Source of the DNA: an uncultured bacterium
GTDB taxonomy: Bacteria; Oederibacteriota; PGYV01; CAWJRG01
NCBI GenBank assembly: GCA_963845185.1
Contig: CAWJRG010000005.1
Coordinates: forward strand, 576,001 to 640,000
Direction: 5' to 3'
Length of the DNA: 64,000 bases
Made by a program: the position numbers and the translations under genes
In this document: positions 20,770-31,050 of the stretch, in pieces
Layout: the number at the start of each line of letters is the position of its first letter
Position numbering within the stretch: position 1 is the first letter of the stretch
Notes under the pieces: model-generated
The model's database searches: none
Seen by the model: the letters and a program-made list of their open reading frames with translations, nothing else
Told to the model about the DNA's origin: nothing

Positions 20770-22300
20770 TTAAAACGGAAAAGCTTTCCCGCCTGCAGCC
20801 GCGGGTTTAAGTTTTTTTATTTCAGGTTTGTCAGCTTTCATGTGCACTGCGTTGCCTTCGACGTAAATGGCTTTAAACGGCTGGGCCGGGCAGACATTTT
20901 CGCATGCTCCGCAGCCCACGCAGATTTTTTCATCTATTTCCGGTATCTTCAGCCTGTTCTTATACGGCACAAGCATGACTGCTTTTGTCGGGCAGTACTC
21001 GTTGCACACTGCGCATTCCAGTCCCTTGCTGGCCACAATGCAGTTTGACTCGATAAAATGGGAAATTCCGATCTGTATTAATTTTTTTTCTCCGGTTTTG
21101 ACCGGCTTTATGGCGCCTGTCGGGCATACCTGCGAGCAGGTGTTGCATTCATACAGGCAGTATGACTTTGAATAATCCAGCCTTGGCTGCAGGATGCCGG
21201 TTACGCCGTATTCAAGCCATGTGGGCATTATTACCTTTGTCGGGCAGTTTGCCGCGCATAAATGGCAGGCTTCGCAGTACTTGTTGAAATGCTTGAGTGA
21301 TACTGAACCCGGCGGTGTGACAAGCGGGTTTTTCTTTTTTATCTCGAGAAAATCCGCGAAAAGCTTTTTCGGCATGGCTGCCGCTATTACAACCGCAGAC
21401 CCGATGGCTGTTTTTATAAAATCCCTCCTGCCCCTGCTGTCGATTGTCTCTTTTTCAGCTGAGTAAACAATACTTGCCTGGCTGCAGGAACCCAGGCAGT
21501 CAAAGCATGCTATGCACCTGTCAAAATCTATTTTTCTATTTTTGCTGTCAATACAGTTTGCCTTGCATGCCGCCTCGCACAGCCCGCATTTGGTGCATTC
21601 ATCCTTAAGCCTGATTTTGAAAAAAGAAACCCGCGCGATTATACTTAAAATTGCTCCCGACGGGCACAAAGTGTTGCAGAAAAACCTTGAAAAGAAAAAA
21701 GATAATAAAAAAATCACAACTAGCAGCAATACGCTAATGTAAAATACCGCAGGGTTCATCGGGTGCATTTCCAGTTTTGCTAGGAAGAATATCCCGTTTT
21801 TTTCAAGCAGCTGCCCTGCTGAATTGTGGAAAAAAGCATAGCCAGGCTTGAATACGTCAGCGGCTATCCTGCCGAAATTCCCAAAAGGCTCGAACAGACT
21901 GAAAATCACCAGCCCCCCTGTAATTATAAATGAAACGATAAGCGCCGCGACAGGCAAAGGATACCTGAGCCAGTTCAATGGCCTGTAATATTTAAACCTG
22001 CGCTTTTTTTGTGTTTTTCCCCGCAAAAAAATAAAAATGTCCTGCAGAGTCCCGAACGGGCATAATGACGAGCAGTAAACCCTGCCGAAAACAAGTGTCA
22101 GGGCAAAAATTATAATCACAGCCGCAAGAGAAACAGCCGCGCCTGTCGCAAAGACATTAACAATGACGGGAAGTATCTGTGTGTACCTGAGCAGGCATGC
22201 CAGCCTTAAGCTGTCTTTTTCCCCGAAAAAAAACGCAGTTAAAAATACGGCAAAAACCAAAAGCGATATTATTATCCTTGCAGAGCCTGAGCCGTGCCAT
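20770..22300 (-). CDS. Membrane polyferredoxin (NapH/MauN/YccM-like 4Fe-4S protein); probable indel near the start
   Basis: GRVYCSSLCPFG, RFFCNTLCP and several CxxCxxCxxxC motifs; internal RRDFIK motif. ATG 22300 is one base out of frame with the 496-aa ORF. Confidence 0.85.
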
Positions 22301-22303
22301 TAT

Positions 22304-23230
22304 TTATAGCACTATCCTTTTTATTGCCACTTTGTTCAGGTCAATCTGTCCAAGGCCTTTCTTTGCTGCAATTTTTATGTGGTCCACTTCAGACGGTTCA
22401 ATTCCGAATAATTTTGCAGCTGCGGCGTCTGCCGCCACTATGTCGTTTGAAATTATCTGCGATTTCATAAGTACAGTGTCTTCAGTGTTGACTCCCCTGG
22501 GTCCGTTTGTCTTCATTACCTTATACGCGTCAACTATGTTTAAGTCAGGTTTCCTGTATGCGGCAAAGTCTGCTATGCACTGGTGCAGCCCGTTTGCGTG
22601 CCAGAATCCCCTGTCCCAGACAATGCCCATGAGGTTTTTCATTGATATGGTAAGGTCTGCAGAGCCGTGGTTTTTTAAAACCGGCACATTGATAAATACG
22701 TCAGATTTAAGTATAAGCTCGTGGACCTCGGCTGTTTTCAGTATATCCCCGTAGGGCACGCTCACGTTCTGGTAATACGAGCGGCTGTTTGCCTGCGCTA
22801 CGCTGGCGCCAGCTTTTTTAGCCGCGGACTCAATGCCGCTTATTGAATAGCATTTTTCCCAGCTGTCGCAGGTATGGTCAAAAATATAGACTTTTTTTGC
22901 GCCCGCGTCCAGGCAGTGTTTTATTATCGAATAAACAAGCTTCGGGTTTGTGTCAGCAGCGATTTCCGGAGGCTTGTTCCATCCGATATTCGGCTTAACA
23001 ACAACGGTCTGGCCCTTTTTGACGAATTTATTCATGCCGCCGAGCGCCTTGATTCCGGCGTCAAACATCTTGTCCGGCTCCCCGCCTTTTATTGCAGCAA
23101 GCTCGGGCATAGCCGTATCAGCAAGCAAATCCTCGACATCCATAATCTTTTTATACGGCGACAATAAAAACGCCGTACCTGCCGCGATCCCGTACTTCAC
23201 TGTTTCCTTCAAAAATTTTCTCCTGTTCAT
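22304..23230 (-). CDS. DUF362-family protein with Tat signal
   Basis: MNRRKFLK twin-arginine signal; VVVKPNIGW, INVPVLKNH, SMKNLMG and DIVAAD motifs; GGAGG SD. Confidence 0.88.
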   Translation of the reverse strand: MNRRKFLKETVKYGIAAGTAFLLSPYKKIMDVEDLLADTAMPELAAIKGGEPDKMFDAGIKALGGMNKFVKKGQTVVVKPNIGWNKPPEIAADTNPKLVYSIIKHCLDAGAKKVYIFDHTCDSWEKCYSISGIESAAKKAGASVAQANSRSYYQNVSVPYGDILKTAEVHELILKSDVFINVPVLKNHGSADLTISMKNLMGIVWDRGFWHANGLHQCIADFAAYRKPDLNIVDAYKVMKTNGPRGVNTEDTVLMKSQIISNDIVAADAAAAKLFGIEPSEVDHIKIAAKKGLGQIDLNKVAIKRIVL

Positions 23231-23349
23231 GGCGACCTCCAAATCGATGGTTTTGAGACAAACCCACAGGGTGCAGTCGAAAATCACATCGACTTGCACC
23301 CGACCAAGTCCGAGTTTTATCCGGACAAGCGGTATTGTTTAATTGATAA

Positions 23350-24054
23350 TTACTTAATCACCCTTCCTATTATAATCGACACTTCGAACAGCAAATACAG
23401 CGATATGCTCATTAAAATCATTGATACAATATCAGGCGGCGTGAATATGCCGGCCAGAATTACTATTAAAACTATTACATATTTTCTTAATTTAACCAGG
23501 GTTTTTATTTTCACAATACCTATTTTTATCAGGAACAGTAGGAACAAAGGCACCTGAAAAATGGCCCCGCTTATAAAAAACATGCTCAATATCAGGTTAA
23601 AGTATTCGCCTATGCCCCACAGCGGCCGCACGTTGTCTCCCGCTGCAAAATTGATAAAAAACCTGAATGCCGCGGGTATCAGGGCAAAGTACGCGAAAAC
23701 AACCCCTATGGCGAACATCAGGGGAATTAAAAAAATAAAAAGGAAAAAATATTTTTTTTCGTTTTTTTTGAGTGCCGGGTAGACAAAATGCCCCAGTTGG
23801 AAAAGAGCAAAAGGCACCGTGATAAAAAGTGCTGCAAAAAAGGCTATCTTCATGTAAGTTACGAACTTTTCATAAGGCGTAAAATAATTCAGCTGGACTT
23901 TGACGTTGCTTAACGGGATCTCAAGGAAATTGATTATCGGCGTTATAAAAACAAAACATATTATTGTCAGGACAACCACGCTTATTATTATGCTGACAAT
24001 CTTGCCCCTGAGCTCTTCAATGTGGGATATATACCCTGCCCTGAACAAAGCCAT
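23350..24054 (-). CDS. tatC: Twin-arginine translocase TatC
   Basis: SHIEELR, FVYPALKKNEK and FTPPDIVS..LFEVSI motifs. Confidence 0.95.
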   Translation of the reverse strand: MALFRAGYISHIEELRGKIVSIIISVVVLTIICFVFITPIINFLEIPLSNVKVQLNYFTPYEKFVTYMKIAFFAALFITVPFALFQLGHFVYPALKKNEKKYFFLFIFLIPLMFAIGVVFAYFALIPAAFRFFINFAAGDNVRPLWGIGEYFNLILSMFFISGAIFQVPLFLLFLIKIGIVKIKTLVKLRKYVIVLIVILAGIFTPPDIVSMILMSISLYLLFEVSIIIGRVIK

Positions 24055-24066
24055 CTTGACACCGGC

Positions 24067-24270
24067 TTACTTTTTTCTTTTTTTGCCCCTGCTTTTTTTA
24101 TTTTTCTTTGCCGACTCATCCTCGGGTTCTTCCGTGCCTTCCTTAATACCTTTTTTAAATTCTTTCATTGCCTGGCCCAGGGAGCGCCCGATCTGGGGCA
24201 GTTTTTCCGCCCCGAATAAAAGCAGAATAATGACGACAATTATGAGTATATGTCCAAAGCTTAAGCCCAT
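24067..24270 (-). CDS. tatA: Twin-arginine translocase TatA
   Basis: LLLFGAEKLPQIGRSLGQAMKEFKKG. Confidence 0.95.
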   Translation of the reverse strand: MGLSFGHILIIVVIILLLFGAEKLPQIGRSLGQAMKEFKKGIKEGTEEPEDESAKKNKKSRGKKRKK

Positions 24271-24516
24271 TGTTTTCTCCTTTCATGTATTGGTAGAATC
24301 CCGCCGGTTTTTAGCCGGCAGTTACTTTATTAATGATACTATATACATGCCTGAATATTCAAGTTTAATATTTCATTTGATGCTATGGAACTTAAAGATT
24401 ATACCCCTCCACCCGGTTAATGGAATTGACACAAGACATAATTAATGATAAAAATATTGCACTGTGAAAAAATCAAAAAAGACAATATACAGGCCGGGGC
24501 GCGTCCCCAAAAACAC

Positions 24517-26310
24517 ATGTTACAGATAAACAACCTTTCGCTTTCATACGGGCCGCAGGACCTGTTTTCCGGAATCAGCTTTAATATACACGCAGGCGAG
24601 CGTATAGGCCTTGTCGGCCGCAACGGCTCAGGCAAAACCACGCTTTTCAGGCTATTGACCGGCGAACAGCACCCTGACAGCGGCCGCATAATCATACCCA
24701 AGAATTACACCATAGGCCATTTAAGGCAGCAACTTGTCTTTACCGAGCCAGACATCCTGCGCGAGGCGTGCCTGGGCTTAAAGGAAGACGAACGCACCCA
24801 GACCTGGAAAGCCGAAAAAATGCTTTTCGGCCTCGGGTTTACCAATGAAGACATGGCAAAGCCCCCTGCTGAATTTTCCGGAGGTTTCCAGGTGCGCCTG
24901 AACCTTGCCAAAGTGCTTTTGTCCGAGCCGCACCTGCTCCTGCTTGACGAGCCGACAAACTACCTGGATATTGTCTCTATCCGCTGGCTCACGCGCTTTT
25001 TGCAGAAACGTGAAAACGAGCTCATGATAATAACGCATGACCGTGAATTTATGGATTCTGTTACCACGCACACAATGGCAATACACAGGCAGAAAATAAA
25101 AAAGATTGAGGGGCCTACAACAAAGCTTTTCGCGCAGATAGAGCTCGAAGAAGAAGTATATGAAAAAATCCGCGTAAAAGATGAGAAAAAAAGGAAAGAA
25201 GCAATAGAATTCATAAATAGGTTCCGCGCACAGGCAAACCGCGCCAGCCTTGTGCAGTCTCGTATCAAAGCGCTGGACAGGATGGAAAAACGGGAAGAGC
25301 TTTCAAAGATAGCCGAGCTTGGTTTCAAGTTTAATTACAAGCCTTTTGAGGCAAAAACAAACATGCGCGTGCGCAATTTGTCTTTCGGCTATACGCCCGA
25401 GCGCACCCTGATAAAAGGCCTTTCATTCGACATAAATAAGAATGACCGTATCTGCGTTGTCGGAAAAAACGGCAAAGGCAAGTCAACCCTGCTGAGGCTG
25501 CTCGCTGGCGAACTTACTCCAAACACAGGCACGGTTTCAAATCATCCTGAATGTAGACTGGGATTTTTCGGCCAGACCAATATAGAACGCCTTAACTCAA
25601 GCCTTACAATAGAAAAAGAACTTCAGCAGCTCAGGCCAGATTTGCCGTACGGCGATATACGCAAGACCTGCGGCGCAATGATGTTCCCCGGCGACATGGC
25701 GCTAAAAGAAATCTCTATCCTATCAGGCGGCGAAAAAAGCAGGGTGTCGCTTGGAAAAATACTCCTGAACCCTGCCAACCTGCTCCTGCTTGACGAGCCG
25801 ACCAACCACCTGGACATGGAATCCTGCGATTCAATGATAGTGGCTCTGGATAATTTCCCCGGGGCAGTGGTCATAGTCACGCACAGCGAAATGTTCCTGC
25901 GCCACCTTGCGAACCGGCTAATTGTGTTCAGCGATGATAATGTTTTTGTTTTCGAAGGCACTTACCAGGATTTCCTTGACAGGGTCGGGTGGGACGAGGA
26001 AACAAAAAAACAGAAAAAGGAAAAGCGCGCGCCTGCCGAAACCAGGACAGATGAAAAGCAGTCTGCTGAAAGCTTAACCAAGCTGCACAAAAAAATCCAA
26101 ACCAAAATAGCTGCTATAGAAAAAACGATTGATGAAAATGAAACATCACTCGAGGCAGTTGACGCTGAACTGGCAAACGCATACGGCAAAGCCTCTGGCC
26201 AGCAGATTCAAATCCTGCAGATAAAAAGCCATAAGTTTAGGCAGGAAATTGAAAAGGGCTATAACGAAATCGAGGAACTAATTAAGGAGATGGATAAGAC
26301 AAATAGTTAA
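24517..26310 (+). CDS. ABC-F family ATPase
   Basis: Two ABC domains (GRNGSGKT/FSGG/LLLDEPTNYLD; GKNGKGKS/LSGGE/LLLDEPTNHLD), no TM segments, C-terminal coiled coil. Confidence 0.93.
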   Translation: MLQINNLSLSYGPQDLFSGISFNIHAGERIGLVGRNGSGKTTLFRLLTGEQHPDSGRIIIPKNYTIGHLRQQLVFTEPDILREACLGLKEDERTQTWKAEKMLFGLGFTNEDMAKPPAEFSGGFQVRLNLAKVLLSEPHLLLLDEPTNYLDIVSIRWLTRFLQKRENELMIITHDREFMDSVTTHTMAIHRQKIKKIEGPTTKLFAQIELEEEVYEKIRVKDEKKRKEAIEFINRFRAQANRASLVQSRIKALDRMEKREELSKIAELGFKFNYKPFEAKTNMRVRNLSFGYTPERTLIKGLSFDINKNDRICVVGKNGKGKSTLLRLLAGELTPNTGTVSNHPECRLGFFGQTNIERLNSSLTIEKELQQLRPDLPYGDIRKTCGAMMFPGDMALKEISILSGGEKSRVSLGKILLNPANLLLLDEPTNHLDMESCDSMIVALDNFPGAVVIVTHSEMFLRHLANRLIVFSDDNVFVFEGTYQDFLDRVGWDEETKKQKKEKRAPAETRTDEKQSAESLTKLHKKIQTKIAAIEKTIDENETSLEAVDAELANAYGKASGQQIQILQIKSHKFRQEIEKGYNEIEELIKEMDKTNS

Positions 26311-26318
26311 AAATATTA

Positions 26319-27572
26319 TTATTGCGTAAATTTTACTATCCTTTTATTTCCGTGATCCGCTACATACACCCAACCAGTACTATCTACTGCTATACCACTT
26401 GGCCACCAAAACTGCATATATCCGCTTCCGGTATTCGGTGCAGAATCGCCCCATTGTGCAATATAATTGCCAGATGAATCAAATTCCTGTATTCTATTAT
26501 TATTTGAATCCGCAACAAATACATTACTTGTGCTGTTTACCGTAATCCCATAAGGACTGCCGAACTGCCCGTTTCCGCTTCCCGGACTTCCCCATTGCAA
26601 TATATAATTACCTGATAAGTCAAATTTTTGTATTCTGCCATTTCCAGAATCCGCAACATATAATACTATATTTATATTATCCACTGTTATCGCAAATGGT
26701 TCATTAAACTGACCACTTCCATTTCCACTGCTTCCCCATTGGGCTAAATAATTACCGTTCGAATCAAATTTTTGCACTCTACTATTTAAGGTATCTGTAA
26801 CATATACATTTCCTGCATTGTCTGTTGCTATGCCGACTGGTATGTTGAATTGCCCGTTTCCAGTTCCTTTGATTCCCCATTGAGTTATATAATTACCATT
26901 TGAATCAAATTTTTGTATCCTGTTATTATTCGTATCTGAAACATATATGTTTGCACCGGTATTACCAACTGTTATTCCATAATCGCCGCCAAATTGCCCA
27001 TTTCCAGTCCCTATACTTCCCCATTGGGTTATTGCATTCCCATTTAAATCATATTCTTGCACTATAAAAGTTTGTGTAACATATACCCCATTATTATTGT
27101 TATCTATTGCAATCGCGACTGGTGTGTTATAAGGAGTAGTACAATTCCATACAAAATAATTCGGTGTAGGACTTATTGTTACTGTCGAAGTTTGTGTAGC
27201 AGTGAGGCAATCGCACGTATTAGTTATTGTGACTGTAGGTGTATTCTGTTGCGTAGCCGAGCCCGTACAACAACTCACTACTACTATTGGCGTATTTGAT
27301 GAAGTAGCAGTTATTGTATATGACGGTGTATTTGCAGGCGTATTTTGGGTTGTGGGCATTTCTGTTGTCGTTCCTGTTGCCGAAGGCACAGGTGACTTCG
27401 TGACAATCTGAGTGCATGTCTGTGTTGATGTATTTGTGTTTGTTGCATTCCCTACCGTGTTTGTTACAGCCGGTAGTGCCATAATTGTAACCGGATTGTG
27501 CTTTTTACTGCATCCATTGATAATTATTATCCCGATTAAAATAGCAACTATTGAAAACCATATTCTTTTCAT
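26319..27572 (-). CDS. Lipoprotein with Thr-rich linker and six NHL repeats
   Basis: Lipobox INGC; repeats GQFxxPxGIAxD..VYVxD..NxRIQKFD. Confidence 0.88.
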   Translation of the reverse strand: MKRIWFSIVAILIGIIIINGCSKKHNPVTIMALPAVTNTVGNATNTNTSTQTCTQIVTKSPVPSATGTTTEMPTTQNTPANTPSYTITATSSNTPIVVVSCCTGSATQQNTPTVTITNTCDCLTATQTSTVTISPTPNYFVWNCTTPYNTPVAIAIDNNNNGVYVTQTFIVQEYDLNGNAITQWGSIGTGNGQFGGDYGITVGNTGANIYVSDTNNNRIQKFDSNGNYITQWGIKGTGNGQFNIPVGIATDNAGNVYVTDTLNSRVQKFDSNGNYLAQWGSSGNGSGQFNEPFAITVDNINIVLYVADSGNGRIQKFDLSGNYILQWGSPGSGNGQFGSPYGITVNSTSNVFVADSNNNRIQEFDSSGNYIAQWGDSAPNTGSGYMQFWWPSGIAVDSTGWVYVADHGNKRIVKFTQ

Positions 27573-27709
27573 TTTAGAACCTCCTTTTGTTGCCTTCCTA
27601 TTTAGACAATTTTTACCAAAAAATGTTCCAATTATTTAATGAAGGAGGTCAGGGGTTGATAATGGGGATGATAGAACTAATATTTGATTAAACTATCAAT
27701 TACAACTTC

Positions 27710-30700
27710 CTATTTTATATTCTTTGTTTTGAGGATTCCTATTTCCTTTTGTTTCCATATTAAAAATATCGCCGGATACACCAGCAGCTCCATGATAAAA
27801 GAAGTAAGTATGCCTCCCACCATGGGTGCCGCAATGCGCTTCATCACGTCTGCGCCTGCCTCGCTGCTTGATGCCCACATAATCGGCAAAAGCCCTGCGA
27901 ACATGGTCATGACAGTCATCATTTTCGGCCTCAGCCTTTTTACCGCGCCATGTTGTATTGCCTCTTTTAAATCAGCAATGGTTTTCATCATTCCTTTTTG
28001 TTTTGCTTCGTTATAAGCCAGGTCAAGGTATAAGAGCATGAATATGCCTGTCTCTGCGTCCACGCCGAGTAGGGCTATGATTCCGCACCATACGCCTATT
28101 GACATGTTGTATCCCAGTATGTGCAAAGCCCAGACAGCGCCGACAAGCGAAAAAGGCACTGCCAGTAATATTATTAATGTCTTTATGTAGGACCTGGTGT
28201 TCATGTAAATCAGTATAAACACGATAAAAAGCGTGAGCGGCAGCACAAGCCACATCCTCTGCTTCACCCTTTCCATGAATTCATACTGCCCGGAAAAAAC
28301 AAGCGAATATCCCGGAGGCATTTTTAAATATTTTTTTAACTTGGCTTTTGCCTCATCCACATACCCGCCTATATCACGACCGGACACGTCCACGTATACA
28401 TATCCGCAAAGGCTCCCGTCCTCGTCTCTTATCATGCCCGGCCCTGTTGCCAGGCTTATTTCCGCAACCTGCGAAATCGGTATCTGCTTGCCAGACATCG
28501 TTGTAATGTATGTCCTCTTTAGCTTTTCGATGTCATCGCGTAAATCCCTTGGATACCTCACGTTTACCGGGAACCTCTCCCTGCCCTCAATGGTCTGGGT
28601 GATGTTTTCCCCTCCTATTGCCGCCATTATTGTTGTCTGCACGTCATCTATTGAAAGCCCGTACCTGGCAATCTCCTGCCTTATTATATTGAAATTGACA
28701 AAGTACCCGCCCACTGTCCGCTCGCTGAACACGCTTCTTGTGCCATTGATGCCCGTCAAAATCATTTCAATATCCTTGCCTATTTTTTGAATCCCGGACA
28801 AATCGCTGCCGTATATCTTTATGCCTACGGGCGTACGTATGCCCGTTGCCAGCATGTCTATCCTGGCTTTAATGGGCATTGTCCATGAGTTTACCTGTCC
28901 GGGTAGTTTCAGCGCTGCGTCCATTTCCGTAATAAGTTCGTCCCATGTTCTGCGTTCCGGCCAGAAAAGCTCAAAAGGCGCTTTTAAAAATCCCGGGATT
29001 ATATTCGAATACCACCTTTGTTTTTTCCTCCACTCATCCTGCGGCTTCAAAAGCACGGTTGTTTCCATCATGGAATAAGGCGCAGGGTCAGTGGATGTAT
29101 TTGCCCTGCCTGCCTTGCCGAATACGCTCACAACCTCGGGAAATGATTTTAAAATCTTGTCCTGCACCTGGAGAAGTTTCGATGCCTCGGTAACCGATAT
29201 TCCGGGCAGGGTTGTGGGCATGTAAAGTATGGAGCCTTCGTTCAAAGGCGGCATGAATTCCTTGCCGAGCGTAAAAAAGAAAGGCAATGACAAAAGCAGG
29301 ACAGCAACAGCGGCAATGATTATTTGTTTCGGCCTTTTAAGCACAAAATCAATCATAGACCCGTAATATTTAAAAAGGAATTTTGATACCGGGTGCTTTT
29401 CCTCAGAACGTATTTCACCGATAAGTACTGAATTGACAAAACCGCCGGTGCCCGTCTTTTTAATTCCGGATTTTTTTGCCTTTATGAAAACCGTAATCAA
29501 AGCAGGCGCGAGGGTTATCGCGAGTATTGCCGCGAAAAACATGGCGAAATTCTTCGTATACGCCAGCGGCTTGAAGAGCCTGCCCTCGACTGATTCGAGG
29601 GTAAATATCGGGATAAAAGAAACCGCAATAACGAGCAAAGAAAAAAATGATGGCCCTGCCACTTCCTTTATTGCCGCGAGCATAACCGGCCTGTAATCGC
29701 CCTTTGAGCCCTGCTCCTGCCATGCCGCGAGTTTTTTATGCGTGTTTTCCACCACCACTATTGCAGCGTCCACCATGGCGCCTATTGCTATTGCTATGCC
29801 GCCGAGAGACATTATGTTCGCGGTCAGGCCTATGTAGCGCATGGGTATAAAGGATATGAGCACGGCTATGGGTAAAAGCAAAATTGGTATAAAAGCAGAC
29901 GGCAGATGCGTGAGGAATATTATTATTACAAGCGAAACTATTATCATTTCCTCAATGAGCTTGGCTTTCAGGGTGTCGATAGAGCGCTTTATAAGGTCAG
30001 ACCTGTCGTACGTGGTGACAATTTTTACTCCCTCAGGCAGCTGTACCTCCTGCAGTTTCTTTTTCACTGCCTGTATTACTTTAAACGCGTTTTCGTTGTA
30101 CCTCATGACCACGATTCCGCCAACTGCCTCGCCTACGCCGTTAAACTCAGCCACTCCCCGCCTGATATCGGGTCCGAACTGCACTTTTGCCACGTCTTTT
30201 ATTTTTACCGGTATTCCCTGGTCGTTTACTTTTAAAACTATTTCCTCAATGTCTGATTTGCTGTTTATGTACCCGTTTGCTGTTACCATGTATTCGGTGC
30301 CGGAAAACTCAAGGAGCCTGGCGCCTATGGACTGGTTTGAGTTTTTTACAGCTTCCACAACCCTTGATATCGGTATGTTATAGGCCAGCAGCGCGTTCGG
30401 GTTCACGACTACCTGGTACTGTTTGGTAAAACCGCCCACTGACGCGGCCTCGGCCACGCCTTTCACAGACTGCAAGGCGTATTTCAAGTGCCAGTCCTGA
30501 AATGTCTTAAGCTGCTCGAGCGAATTCTTCCTGGAATAATCCACAAGAGCGTATTCATAAACCCATCCCACGCCTGTCGCGTCGGGCCCGAGCTCGGTTT
30601 TTACGCCTGAAGGAAGCTGGTTTTGTATTTTTGAAAGGTATTCCAGCACGCGCGAGCGCGCCCAGTAAACGTCAGTGCCGTCCTCAAAAATGACGTAGAC

Positions 30701-30973
30701 ATAAGAGAACCCGTAATCTGAAAATGCCCTCACGTCCTTTACTTTTGGCGCGCCTAAAAGCGCTGATACTATCGGGTAGGTCACCTGGTCCTCGACTATC
30801 TGCGGCGGCCTGTCCCACTGCGAGTAAACTATGACCTGCGTATCAGACAAATCAGGTATGGCGTCAAGCGGCATGGTTGCAATAGACCATATGCTCCAGG
30901 CAACTGCAAACGCCGCTGCGATAAATATGAAGACCCTGTTTTTTGCCGACCATTCGATGATTTGATTAATCAC
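27710..30973 (-). CDS. cusA: CusA/CzcA heavy-metal RND efflux pump
   Basis: LDAIPDLSDTQVIVY, GPDATGVGWVYEY, EFMPPLNEG..LYMP, WTMPIKARIDML and RLRPKMMT motifs. Confidence 0.95.
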   Translation of the reverse strand: MINQIIEWSAKNRVFIFIAAAFAVAWSIWSIATMPLDAIPDLSDTQVIVYSQWDRPPQIVEDQVTYPIVSALLGAPKVKDVRAFSDYGFSYVYVIFEDGTDVYWARSRVLEYLSKIQNQLPSGVKTELGPDATGVGWVYEYALVDYSRKNSLEQLKTFQDWHLKYALQSVKGVAEAASVGGFTKQYQVVVNPNALLAYNIPISRVVEAVKNSNQSIGARLLEFSGTEYMVTANGYINSKSDIEEIVLKVNDQGIPVKIKDVAKVQFGPDIRRGVAEFNGVGEAVGGIVVMRYNENAFKVIQAVKKKLQEVQLPEGVKIVTTYDRSDLIKRSIDTLKAKLIEEMIIVSLVIIIFLTHLPSAFIPILLLPIAVLISFIPMRYIGLTANIMSLGGIAIAIGAMVDAAIVVVENTHKKLAAWQEQGSKGDYRPVMLAAIKEVAGPSFFSLLVIAVSFIPIFTLESVEGRLFKPLAYTKNFAMFFAAILAITLAPALITVFIKAKKSGIKKTGTGGFVNSVLIGEIRSEEKHPVSKFLFKYYGSMIDFVLKRPKQIIIAAVAVLLLSLPFFFTLGKEFMPPLNEGSILYMPTTLPGISVTEASKLLQVQDKILKSFPEVVSVFGKAGRANTSTDPAPYSMMETTVLLKPQDEWRKKQRWYSNIIPGFLKAPFELFWPERRTWDELITEMDAALKLPGQVNSWTMPIKARIDMLATGIRTPVGIKIYGSDLSGIQKIGKDIEMILTGINGTRSVFSERTVGGYFVNFNIIRQEIARYGLSIDDVQTTIMAAIGGENITQTIEGRERFPVNVRYPRDLRDDIEKLKRTYITTMSGKQIPISQVAEISLATGPGMIRDEDGSLCGYVYVDVSGRDIGGYVDEAKAKLKKYLKMPPGYSLVFSGQYEFMERVKQRMWLVLPLTLFIVFILIYMNTRSYIKTLIILLAVPFSLVGAVWALHILGYNMSIGVWCGIIALLGVDAETGIFMLLYLDLAYNEAKQKGMMKTIADLKEAIQHGAVKRLRPKMMTVMTMFAGLLPIMWASSSEAGADVMKRIAAPMVGGILTSFIMELLVYPAIFLIWKQKEIGILKTKNIK

Positions 30974-31050
30974 TTCTTCTGCTCCTGATTCTTATCTGTC
31001 TTTCAGCTTCCAATCCTCCAACCTTCCATGCCTCAAACCCTCAGCTTTTT

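Noticed and set aside
24517..26310. ABC-F as an antibiotic-resistance gene
   Set aside because: Subfamily cannot be assigned by eye, and most ABC-F proteins are housekeeping translation factors.
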